From Bacteroidales bacterium (GTDB lineage: Bacteria; Bacteroidota; Bacteroidia; Bacteroidales; WCHB1-69): DNA of 49,188 nucleotides. A program made the position numbers and the translations under genes. The stretch is from contig JAAYKF010000038.1 of the NCBI GenBank assembly GCA_012522535.1, positions 1 to 49,188 of the forward strand, given 5' to 3'. Positions 16,857 through 25,095 of the stretch are shown piece by piece. Position 1 is the stretch's first letter; the number at the start of each line of letters is the position of its first letter. Under the pieces are notes generated by a model. The model had not been told where the DNA came from and searched no databases. It saw only the letters and a list, made by a program, of their open reading frames with translations.

Positions 16857-18062
16857 TTATGCTTTTTTAGATTTCACCTCTTCTAAAAGTCGGTAGTAGA
16901 GTTCGCTCATATCGTTTACCAATCTGCTATAATGAAAATGTTCCATTACAAAATCTTTGGCTTTCCCCGACATTTCATCTCTTAATGCCTTGTCTTCAAC
17001 AAGCTTTAAAAGATTGTTTGCAAAGGCATCAGCATCATCTGATGGTGAAAGTAGAGCCGATTTTCCGGGTATTACAATATTCGAAATTCCACCAACATCA
17101 GTTGTAGCAATGGGTTTCCCCGATGCCTGAGCTTCGATTAAACTCACTGGTGTTCCTTCGTTTAAAGATGTTAGTGCAACTATTTCAACACCTGCATTTA
17201 CTACATCTACATCTTTTAGCCAAGAGGTAAAGCTGATAGTGGCTTTGCGTTGTTCGAGAGTGAAATCAACAAAATCGAGTTCAAGCTCTTTTGCTTTATC
17301 TTCTATCTCTTTCCTCGATTCGCCGTCTCCAACAATAAATATTCTAATCTTTTTCGAAGTTTTGTTCAAGACTTGTGCCACAGCTTCAAGGAACATTTTA
17401 TGATTCTTTATGGGTACCAATCTGCCCGTTATGGCGATGGCTACCTCGTCGTCATCAATGAGATATTTATCTCTAAATTGAGTTCTTTTTTCTTCAATAT
17501 TTTGATTAAATCTCTCTAAATCAAATCCAAGTTTAATGAGTTCAATTTTTTTCTCTTCACATATATTATACTTATGTGCCAAGTCCTTTTTTTGCTCCTC
17601 ACTAATGGCTATTATTCTAGTGGAAATATTGGCAAGTTTACGTTCAAGATGCTTATAGAAATTTGACTGTACAGAGCTAAAGTATGCATCAAATACGTGT
17701 CCGTGAAATGTGTGTATTATAACAGGAACTTTGTTTTTGTAAGCGGCATATCTGCCAAGGGCTCCAGCTTTAGAGGCGTGTGTGTGAACAATATCAGGTT
17801 TGTAATCTTTGATTATTTTATCAAGCTTATTAAAGGCTTTATAATCTTTTGCGATATTTATCTCTCTTTTCATATCGTCAATAATGATGGGTTTTATTCC
17901 AAGATTATTGACGATATATTCAGAGTTTGCTTCGGTTTTATCTTTTGCTCCACCGATAAGTAGAGTTTCAAAATCCGAGTTTAAGTATTTACTCAAATAG
18001 GCGGCATTATAGATAGGTCCACCTAAGTTAAATCGGTTTATTATTCTTAGTATTTTTGGCAT
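16857..18062 (-). CDS. GT4-family (GT-B fold) glycosyltransferase
   Basis: C-terminal ..SLNEGTPVSLIEAQASGKPIATTDVGG.. is the E-x7-E glycosyl transferase group 1 motif. N-terminal GGP motif. Confidence 0.75.
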   Translation of the reverse strand: MPKILRIINRFNLGGPIYNAAYLSKYLNSDFETLLIGGAKDKTEANSEYIVNNLGIKPIIIDDMKREINIAKDYKAFNKLDKIIKDYKPDIVHTHASKAGALGRYAAYKNKVPVIIHTFHGHVFDAYFSSVQSNFYKHLERKLANISTRIIAISEEQKKDLAHKYNICEEKKIELIKLGFDLERFNQNIEEKRTQFRDKYLIDDDEVAIAITGRLVPIKNHKMFLEAVAQVLNKTSKKIRIFIVGDGESRKEIEDKAKELELDFVDFTLEQRKATISFTSWLKDVDVVNAGVEIVALTSLNEGTPVSLIEAQASGKPIATTDVGGISNIVIPGKSALLSPSDDADAFANNLLKLVEDKALRDEMSGKAKDFVMEHFHYSRLVNDMSELYYRLLEEVKSKKA

Positions 18063-18079
18063 ATAAGCGAATTACATAA

Positions 18080-18087
18080 CAAATGTA
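18080..18087 (-). promoter_or_regulatory. -7 promoter box (TACATTTG on minus strand)
   Basis: TAnnTTTG 17 nt upstream of the ATG at 18062. Confidence 0.35.
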
Positions 18088-18137
18088 CGCTATTATGCTT
18101 ATAATATTTCAAAAGTGTAAGTATTTAACAAAAAATC

Positions 18138-18398
18138 TTAGCCAATTTCTAAAATTACTTCGTTTTTGCTAACTCTCTGTCCCACTTTTACGTTAATATT
18201 TTTCACAGTTCCTTCCACTGGAGATAAAACTTCGTTCTTCATTTTCATAGCTTCTAGAACGTATAATTTATCACCAATTTCAATTTTATCACCTTTTTTC
18301 ACATGGATATCTAAAACTGTTCCGGGGATAAATGGGTATATAAAACCCTCATCTACTGTGATATATACTTTTCTATATACTTTTTTTGTTTCTGACAT
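18138..18398 (-). CDS. small biotin carboxyl carrier protein (biotinyl domain only)
   Basis: 86 aa with the biotinylation motif LEAMKMKNEV. Confidence 0.8.
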   Translation of the reverse strand: MSETKKVYRKVYITVDEGFIYPFIPGTVLDIHVKKGDKIEIGDKLYVLEAMKMKNEVLSPVEGTVKNINVKVGQRVSKNEVILEIG

Positions 18399-18438
18399 AA
18401 TTTCAAATTAAAATTAAAGACTTAAGAAAAATTAATTT

Positions 18439-19986
18439 TTAGAAAGGAGGAATTCCGTGTTTTTTATCGGGTCCTTTCTCTTGTTTGTTTTTCCCAACTT
18501 TCAGGGCGTGGATAATATAGTCGCGAGTTTCGTTTGGTTGAATAACTGCGTCAACATATCCGTATGCTGCTGCTACGTATGGGTTTGCAAACTTCTCTTT
18601 GTATTCTTGAATTTTTTCTTGTCTCATTTCCTCAGGATTTTCGGCATTCATTATCTCATTTCTGAAAATAATATTTGCTGCTCCTTCGGGTCCCATAACT
18701 GCTATTTCTGCCGTTGGCCATGCAAAAACAAAATCAGCTTTTAGGTGATGCGAACACATTGCAATATATCCACCACCGTAAGCTTTGCGAAGTGTAATTG
18801 TGATTTTTGGAACTGTAGCTTCCGAGAAAGCATATAATAATTTAGCTCCATGACGAATTACGCCAGCATGCTCTTGGTCAACACCTGGTAAATATCCCGG
18901 AAGGTCAACTAATGTAACCATGGGAATATTAAAGCTGTCGCAATATCTAACAAATCTTGCAGCTTTGTCTGACGAGTCGCAATCTAAAACACCAGCCATA
19001 TATAGAGGTTGGTTGGCAACAAATCCCACTGTATCGCCATTTATTCTTGCAAAACCAACAACTATGTTTTTGGCAAATAGTTCAGAAACTTCCAAAAACT
19101 CAGAGCCATCGGCAATAGATCTAATTATATCTCTAACATCGTATGGTATTGATGGGTCTGTGGGTATTATTGATGAAATTCTATATTCTCTAGATTTTGG
19201 AGACTTTGGAGGGAATGATTCTGCAGTTTTGGCATTGTTCCATGGAACATAGGATACCAAGCTTTTAATTTGCTCAAAACATTCTGCTTCGCTTTCGGCA
19301 AAGAAGTGAGCATTTCCAGAAATCTCGGCATGAACGCGAGCTCCGCCAAGTTCTTCTTGATTAATTTCTTCTCCAAGTACAGTTTTAATAACTTCTGGTC
19401 CAGTAATAAACATTTTCGAAATTTTGTCAACAACGAAAACGAAGTCTGTTAGTGCAGGAGAGTAAACAGCACCTCCAGCACAAGGTCCAAGAATTACTGA
19501 TATTTGAGGGATAACGCCCGATGCTTGCGTGTTGCGATAGAATATGTCTCCATATCCTGCCAATGCATTAACACCCTCTTGAATACGAGCACCACCAGAG
19601 TCGTTAATTCCAATAATTGGAACTTTCAACTTCATGGCATGATCCATAATTTTACAAATTTTCTTAGCATGCATATATCCAAGAGATCCACCAGCAACGG
19701 TAAAGTCCTGAGCATATATACAAACGGGATACCCATTTATTGTGCCAGTTCCTGTAACGACACCGTCGCCAGGAAGATACTTTTTGTCCATGTCGAAATC
19801 TTTCCCTGCGTGCTGAACAAAGATGTCATATTCGTGGAAAGAGTCTGGGTCTAAAATTGAAACAATTCGCTCACGTGCTGTTAGTTTCCCAGTGGCTTTT
19901 TGCTTTTCAACAGCCTTGGAACCTCCACCTTGCAAAGCTACTTGCATTCGCTTTTTAAGGTCATGTGTTTTTTGCCTGAGTGACAT
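18439..19986 (-). CDS. methylmalonyl-CoA carboxyltransferase / propionyl-CoA carboxylase beta-type acyl-CoA carboxyltransferase
   Basis: GKLTARERI.., ..GINDSGGARIQEG.., ..GPCAGGAVYSPALTDF.., ..RKAYGGGYIAM.. carboxyltransferase motifs. The ORF-track start at 20019 is TTG; the ATG is at 19986. Confidence 0.85.
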   Translation of the reverse strand: MSLRQKTHDLKKRMQVALQGGGSKAVEKQKATGKLTARERIVSILDPDSFHEYDIFVQHAGKDFDMDKKYLPGDGVVTGTGTINGYPVCIYAQDFTVAGGSLGYMHAKKICKIMDHAMKLKVPIIGINDSGGARIQEGVNALAGYGDIFYRNTQASGVIPQISVILGPCAGGAVYSPALTDFVFVVDKISKMFITGPEVIKTVLGEEINQEELGGARVHAEISGNAHFFAESEAECFEQIKSLVSYVPWNNAKTAESFPPKSPKSREYRISSIIPTDPSIPYDVRDIIRSIADGSEFLEVSELFAKNIVVGFARINGDTVGFVANQPLYMAGVLDCDSSDKAARFVRYCDSFNIPMVTLVDLPGYLPGVDQEHAGVIRHGAKLLYAFSEATVPKITITLRKAYGGGYIAMCSHHLKADFVFAWPTAEIAVMGPEGAANIIFRNEIMNAENPEEMRQEKIQEYKEKFANPYVAAAYGYVDAVIQPNETRDYIIHALKVGKNKQEKGPDKKHGIPPF

Positions 19987-20078
19987 TTTACTAGTTTTAG
20001 TTTCTAATCTGTTTTTCAAATAACGATGTAAAAGTAGTCAAAAAGAATGACTTCTTGATGTTTTTGCAGACTTAAAAG

Positions 20079-20096
20079 ACCTAACTTGATTTAGGT
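20079..20096 (-). terminator. weak candidate terminator hairpin downstream of ade
   Basis: ACCTAA-CTTGAT-TTAGGT (6-bp stem). On the minus strand it is followed by CTTTTAAG, a short T tract only. Confidence 0.2.
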
Positions 20097-20105
20097 TGTT
20101 GGTAT

Positions 20106-21743
20106 TCAGGCGAATAGCTCGATAAATGAAAAGTTAATACAATCGAATAAACCCTTATCTCCAAGCTTAATTTCGGGTATAACCAAAAGCGACATAAAAG
20201 CCAAGGTCATAAAAGGTGCACTTAATTTTGTACCTAATTGCTTGGCTAATTTATCCAGCTCTTCATATTTTTGAGCAACAGTTTTGGCATCTAAATTGGA
20301 CATTAAACCAGCAATTGGAAGCGGAAGAATTTCGGTACCATTGGAGCTTGAAACCGAGATTCCACCTTTTGCTTCAATGATTGAGTTTATAGAGTTTACA
20401 ATATCAATATCATCAACCCCAACGCTAATTATATTATGACTGTCGTGGGCTATGCTAGACGCTATGGCTCCCTTTTTTAGACCAAAATTTTTAATAAATG
20501 CAATTTGTGGTTCTGAGGGCTTATATCTATTTAATACCACAATTTTAAGAATATCTTCATCGGTGTCGGAAATGGCATAACCATCTTCAATCTTGGCTTT
20601 AGCAATTATATTTTTTGTATAAAGCTGTCCATCTTCAATTTCGATAATTCGGATATTTTCAGATTTTGCTTCCACTTTAAGGTCGTCAACATTAAGCTTT
20701 TTAGCTTGAAAGTTGTTGGGCATTTCTTCAAGCGGTGGAACGCTCCACAAGACATTTCCTTTTTCAAATACTTTTTCACCATCAATATAAACTTCATTTA
20801 TGGAAAGCTCTTCAAGATTGTTCACCAAAAGGAAATCGGCACTATCGCCTTTTTGCAAAAGTCCCACATCAAGTCCGTAGTGTTTTATGGGGTTTAAAGA
20901 GCATATTTTGAGTGCCTCCATGGGCGAAATTCCAACATCAATAGCTCTTTTGTAGAGTAAGTTTATATGACCTTTTATCAGGTCGTCGGGATGTTTGTCG
21001 TCGGAACAGAGCATGGTTTTTTGAGGGTGAGTTTTGCCAAGTTTTATAAGGTCGTCGAAGTTTTTGGCAGCACTTCCTTCTCTAATTTGAATTTTCATTC
21101 CCAAACCTATTTTTTCCACAGCCTCTTGGTAGCTCATACATTCGTGGTCGGTGGTGATTCCACTTTGGGCATATTTTTTCAAATCATCACCTGTGATAGC
21201 AGGGGCGTGTCCATCTATCTTTTTATTATACTTATGTGCAATTTCAATTTTTCTCATCACCTCAGGGTCATTATTTATAACTCCGGGATAATTCATCATT
21301 TCGGCTAAATAATGCACCTTACCCTCTTTGAAAAGTTTTTCAATATCGGTGGCATCAATCTTTGCACCAGAGGTTTCAAATTCGGTTGCGGGAACGCATG
21401 ATGGAGCTCCAAAAAAGAATTTCATTGGACTTTGCTCTCCATTTTTTATCATAAACTCAACACCCTCTATACCAAGCACATTGCCAATTTCGTGAGGGTC
21501 GGCAACGCAGGCAATGGTGCCATGTTTAATGGCTTCGTGGGCAAAATTTGCTGGAGTGAGCATGGAGCTTTCAATGTGGACATGAGAGTCTATAAAACCG
21601 GGGATAATGTATTGTTGGCAGTCAATATTATCGTCTTCTATTATGTTTTCAATTTTTCCGTGAGAAATAATCAAACTCCCTTTGAAAATTCTTTCGGCTA
21701 CAACATCTACAATATATCCTGAAATTTTAAGGTTTTTCTCCAT
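20106..21743 (-). CDS. ade: adenine deaminase
   Basis: PGFIDSHVHIESSMLTP, DPHEIGNV, and ~545 aa length typical of Ade. Confidence 0.85.
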   Translation of the reverse strand: MEKNLKISGYIVDVVAERIFKGSLIISHGKIENIIEDDNIDCQQYIIPGFIDSHVHIESSMLTPANFAHEAIKHGTIACVADPHEIGNVLGIEGVEFMIKNGEQSPMKFFFGAPSCVPATEFETSGAKIDATDIEKLFKEGKVHYLAEMMNYPGVINNDPEVMRKIEIAHKYNKKIDGHAPAITGDDLKKYAQSGITTDHECMSYQEAVEKIGLGMKIQIREGSAAKNFDDLIKLGKTHPQKTMLCSDDKHPDDLIKGHINLLYKRAIDVGISPMEALKICSLNPIKHYGLDVGLLQKGDSADFLLVNNLEELSINEVYIDGEKVFEKGNVLWSVPPLEEMPNNFQAKKLNVDDLKVEAKSENIRIIEIEDGQLYTKNIIAKAKIEDGYAISDTDEDILKIVVLNRYKPSEPQIAFIKNFGLKKGAIASSIAHDSHNIISVGVDDIDIVNSINSIIEAKGGISVSSSNGTEILPLPIAGLMSNLDAKTVAQKYEELDKLAKQLGTKLSAPFMTLAFMSLLVIPEIKLGDKGLFDCINFSFIELFA

Positions 21744-21747
21744 ATCA

Positions 21748-22794
21748 CTATTTTTTATTTTTCAGAGCCAATTGTCCGCATGCAGCTGCAATATCGTCGC
21801 CCTTGCTAGCTCTAATGTTTACAATAATATTTTTTGATTCTAAGAACTTCACAAATCTGTTTTTTTGTTCCTCGCTACTGGCTTTAAAATCGGCTTCGTC
21901 TGTTGAGTTGTAATTTATGATATTTATTTTTACAGGGAAATTTTTGCAAAATTCTGCCAAAGCTTTAGCCTGCTCCAAACTGTCGTTTACATCCTTCAGA
22001 AGCAGATATTCCATGGTAATTCTTTCGCCAGTTTTTTGATGAAAATATTTTAGAGCATCAATAATCTCGTTGAAAGGATTTGACTTTGTAACGGGCATTA
22101 TTTCTCTTCTCAATGTTTCGTCGGCGGTGTGCAACGACAGTGCCAGATGCATCCCGCTATTTAGGTCGGCAAATTTTCTAATTCCGTCTGCCACACCTGC
22201 GGTGGAAACTGTGATGCGTCGTGGCGACATACCCAGATATTTGGGCAAAGTGATTTTTTCCAAAGCTTTCATGCTGTTTTCAAAATTCAAGAAAGCTTCG
22301 CCCATACCCATAACCACAATGTTTGTGATGGCTCGTTTGCTGATGCTAATTAGGTGTTCGTTCATCAGAATTATCTGATCGAAAATTTCGCCAGCACTTA
22401 GGTCCCTATAAAGACCGAGTTTTCCTGTGGCACAGAATCCGCAATTTAAGGCACAGCCAATTTGTGTTGAAATGCAGGCTGTAACTCTATCTCGGGAGAA
22501 AATCAATACTCCTTCGATATGTTTTTTGTCGTGGGTTTCAAAAAGAAACTTTGTTGTTCCATCGGTGGAAACTATGTGGGTGAGCGTACTCAAGCTTTTG
22601 AAGTGAAAGTTTTCTGAAAGTTTTTCCAATAAGTTATTTGGAATGTTCTTCATATCGTTCCACTCTCTTGCTCCATTTTTCCACAACCACTGGTCGATTT
22701 GCTTTGCCCTAAAGGCTTTTTCGCCCTGCTGAGTTATGAAATGATTAATTTCATCTAAGGACAAATCCCTTATATCTTTTGTTTTTTTGTCCAT
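21748..22794 (-). CDS. rlmN: 23S rRNA/tRNA (adenine-C2)-methyltransferase RlmN (radical SAM)
   Basis: FRAKQIDQWLW N-terminus, radical-SAM CALNCGFCATG, C-terminal ..DIAAACGQL. Confidence 0.9.
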   Translation of the reverse strand: MDKKTKDIRDLSLDEINHFITQQGEKAFRAKQIDQWLWKNGAREWNDMKNIPNNLLEKLSENFHFKSLSTLTHIVSTDGTTKFLFETHDKKHIEGVLIFSRDRVTACISTQIGCALNCGFCATGKLGLYRDLSAGEIFDQIILMNEHLISISKRAITNIVVMGMGEAFLNFENSMKALEKITLPKYLGMSPRRITVSTAGVADGIRKFADLNSGMHLALSLHTADETLRREIMPVTKSNPFNEIIDALKYFHQKTGERITMEYLLLKDVNDSLEQAKALAEFCKNFPVKINIINYNSTDEADFKASSEEQKNRFVKFLESKNIIVNIRASKGDDIAAACGQLALKNKK

Positions 22795-22823
22795 AAAAAT
22801 TGAGTTTAAAAAACTGAACTCTA

Positions 22824-23735
22824 CTATTTTTGAGTAAGTTTTTGGAACACCTCTTCCAGGCGATGTTGTTCCACTTGAAGAGATAGTATGGTTTTTTTAT
22901 TGTCAACAGCCCATTGGAAAATATTGCTTCTAATATCTTTTCCTTTTTCTGTTTGAATGCGGAATTTGTTTCCACCTTCGGTGCTTGCATTTACAACCCC
23001 TTTGATGCTTAGAACTTGTTTTAATTCGATGCTTTCGCCAAACTCCACCAAAATATCTTCGCTGGCAGTGTGTAGTTTTCTCAAGTCTTTGGTATCGTTG
23101 TATGCTACAATATTTCCATTATTTATAATTATAGATTTATTGCAAATCGCTTCAACTTCTTGCATTATATGGGTAGAAAGTAGTACTGTTTTCTCTTTTC
23201 CCACCTCTTTAATAAGGTTTCTAATCTCTACAATCTGATTGGGGTCGAGCCCAGAAGTTGGTTCATCAAGAATTAAAATTTCAGGTTCATGATAAAGAGC
23301 TTGAGCCAGTCCAACTCTTTGCCTATAGCCTTTGGATAGTGCTCCAATTTTTTTCTTTCTCTCTTTTTCTAAACCGGTAATATGTATTATCTCTTTGGTT
23401 CTTTTGCTGAGATTTTTGTTGTAACCATATATTTTGGCTGAATATTCCAGATATTCAGGTATGTACATTTCGGTGTAAAGAGGGTTGTGTTCGGGCAGAT
23501 ATCCTATCAGTTTTCTAACTTCAATGGACTCTTCTATTACATCAAAGCCATTTACCAATGCTGTGCCACTTGTTGGGGGCAAAAAGCAAGTTAGGATTTT
23601 CATTATAGTGGATTTTCCGGCACCATTTGGACCCAATAGACCCACCACATCACCTTTGCTTACTTCAAAACTTACATTGTTTAGAGCTTTCTGCTCGCCA
23701 TATTTTTTTGTAATTCCTTTTACTATTATCGACAT
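22824..23735 (-). CDS. gldA: ABC transporter ATP-binding protein, GldA-like (gliding motility-associated)
   Basis: Walker A GPNGAGKST, signature LSKGYRQR, Walker B ILILDEP. The N-terminus MSIIVKGITKKYGEQKALNNVSFEV and ~300 aa length resemble GldA. No gldF/gldG adjacent. Confidence 0.6.
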   Translation of the reverse strand: MSIIVKGITKKYGEQKALNNVSFEVSKGDVVGLLGPNGAGKSTIMKILTCFLPPTSGTALVNGFDVIEESIEVRKLIGYLPEHNPLYTEMYIPEYLEYSAKIYGYNKNLSKRTKEIIHITGLEKERKKKIGALSKGYRQRVGLAQALYHEPEILILDEPTSGLDPNQIVEIRNLIKEVGKEKTVLLSTHIMQEVEAICNKSIIINNGNIVAYNDTKDLRKLHTASEDILVEFGESIELKQVLSIKGVVNASTEGGNKFRIQTEKGKDIRSNIFQWAVDNKKTILSLQVEQHRLEEVFQKLTQK

Positions 23736-23779
23736 AGTTCAAATGTTTTATTATTGCAAAATAACACAAAAAATTGCAA

Positions 23780-24685
23780 TTAGTCGCTAAAATTTGAATT
23801 ATGAATTGATTTAAAGCCCAATCCTAATGTTTCGGTGGCCTCCACAACTGATAGAAATGCGTTTGGATCGATTGTTTTTACATAGTCAATTAGTATGGGT
23901 AATTGTTTTCTGTCAACAATAGTATATATCATTTTTTTAGGACTTCCATTAAACATTCCTTCACCGTGGATAAATGTTCCCCCACGCTCTAAGGTGTTGA
24001 TTATAAGATCTCTAATTTCGTCATTTTTATCACTAATTATATAAACTGTTTTATCAGTTCTTATACCTTGAATTACCATATCTACAACTTTTCCTGTGAT
24101 GAAAATTACCACCAAAGAATAGAGTGGAAGTGTCCAATCGCGATATACAAACAGTGTTGCAAAAACCACGATTGAATCCACTATTATCACGGTGGAACCT
24201 AAGGGTAATTTTGTGTATTTTGTAACAATCATGGCTATAATGTCAGTTCCGCCAGAGGTAGCTTTTGATTTGAAAATCAGACCAAGCCCCAATCCAATAA
24301 GAACTCCGCCAAAAATTGAAGATAAAAGAGGGTCGCTTTGTACCAAGGCATCACCGCCCCACCAGAAAGAAATTAGGTCTGTGAAAGCTGCTAAGCTTGT
24401 GAAACCAATAAAAGTTTTCAGACCAAATTTGGGTCCCAAAACCACTATTGCCAATATAAAGAGCGGAATATCCATCGACAGTGCTGTCATACCAATAGGT
24501 AGCCCGTCCATAAACATTTCAAATAGACCTTTTGTAGCATGGTGAATGGTGATGGCTATACCATAAACGCCACCTGGAGCCAGTTTGTATGGTGCAATAA
24601 AAAACACATAACCAGCGGCCATTATGAATGTTCCAATTAAAATAAAAATGAATGAACCAATCTCTTTTTTAATGTTTTTTTTCAT
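23780..24685 (-). CDS. YitT family membrane protein (DUF2179 C-terminal domain)
   Basis: Polytopic N-terminal part with ..LAPGGVYG.. and ..TSGGTDI.. repeats, plus a soluble C-terminal DUF2179-like domain. The ORF-track start at 24703 is TTG; the ATG at 24685 lies 15 nt downstream of a -7 box. Confidence 0.75.
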   Translation of the reverse strand: MKKNIKKEIGSFIFILIGTFIMAAGYVFFIAPYKLAPGGVYGIAITIHHATKGLFEMFMDGLPIGMTALSMDIPLFILAIVVLGPKFGLKTFIGFTSLAAFTDLISFWWGGDALVQSDPLLSSIFGGVLIGLGLGLIFKSKATSGGTDIIAMIVTKYTKLPLGSTVIIVDSIVVFATLFVYRDWTLPLYSLVVIFITGKVVDMVIQGIRTDKTVYIISDKNDEIRDLIINTLERGGTFIHGEGMFNGSPKKMIYTIVDRKQLPILIDYVKTIDPNAFLSVVEATETLGLGFKSIHNSNFSD

Positions 24686-24700
24686 TTCCGATATTTTTTG

Positions 24701-24708
24701 CAAAAGTA
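24701..24708 (-). promoter_or_regulatory. -7 promoter box (TACTTTTG on minus strand)
   Basis: TAnnTTTG 15 nt upstream of the ATG at 24685. Confidence 0.35.
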
Positions 24709-24822
24709 CTCACAAATTGAGAGAATATTGCTTGTTGAATTGTTAAATATTGTGCTTAATGGGAGATTGATAAAGCAAATGCTTGTTGGAATATGATAAT
24801 AAATTTATTCCTTTGATTTTAA

Positions 24823-24849
24823 TCCTACAAAGTTGGGAAGACCTTGCAG
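24823..24849 (+). repeat. REP-like hairpin, copy 1 (degenerate)
   Basis: TCCTACAAAGTTGGGAAGACCTTGCAG. Shares the flank TTTAATCCTACAA with copy 3. Confidence 0.65.
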
Positions 24850-24870
24850 CTTGTATTCGATAAAATTATC

Positions 24871-24901
24871 GTCCTGCAAGGTTTCAAAAACCTTGTAGGA
24901 C
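24871..24901 (-). repeat. REP-like hairpin, copy 2 (inverted orientation)
   Basis: GTCCTGCAAGGTT-TCAAA-AACCTTGTAGGAC: 13-bp stem with a single G-T pair. Confidence 0.7.
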
Positions 24902-24971
24902 TGAAAGATGAAAGTAAAAATCACGTCTATCAGTACTACACCTAATAAGGTCTTTATTCATTTAGCTTTAA

Positions 24972-25000
24972 TCCTACAAGGTCGGTAAGACCTTGCAGGA
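24972..25000 (+). repeat. REP-like hairpin, copy 3
   Basis: TCCTACAAGGTC-GGTAA-GACCTTGCAGGA: 12-bp stem with one A-C mismatch. Confidence 0.7.
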
Positions 25001-25057
25001 TATAATTTTACAAGTGATATAATTTGTTGAATGTTTTTACGTTCATTTATAATCTCT

Positions 25058-25090
25058 TTTGCTACAATTAGATTTTTAATTTTAATTTTG
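25058..25090 (+). promoter_or_regulatory. Bacteroidetes-type promoter (TTTG -33 box, 21-nt spacer, TAATTTTG -7 box)
   Basis: TTTG at 25058-25061 and TAATTTTG at 25083-25090. It lies 5 nt before the ATG at 25096 and 20 nt before the ATG at 25111. Confidence 0.45.
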
Positions 25091-25095
25091 CTCCA

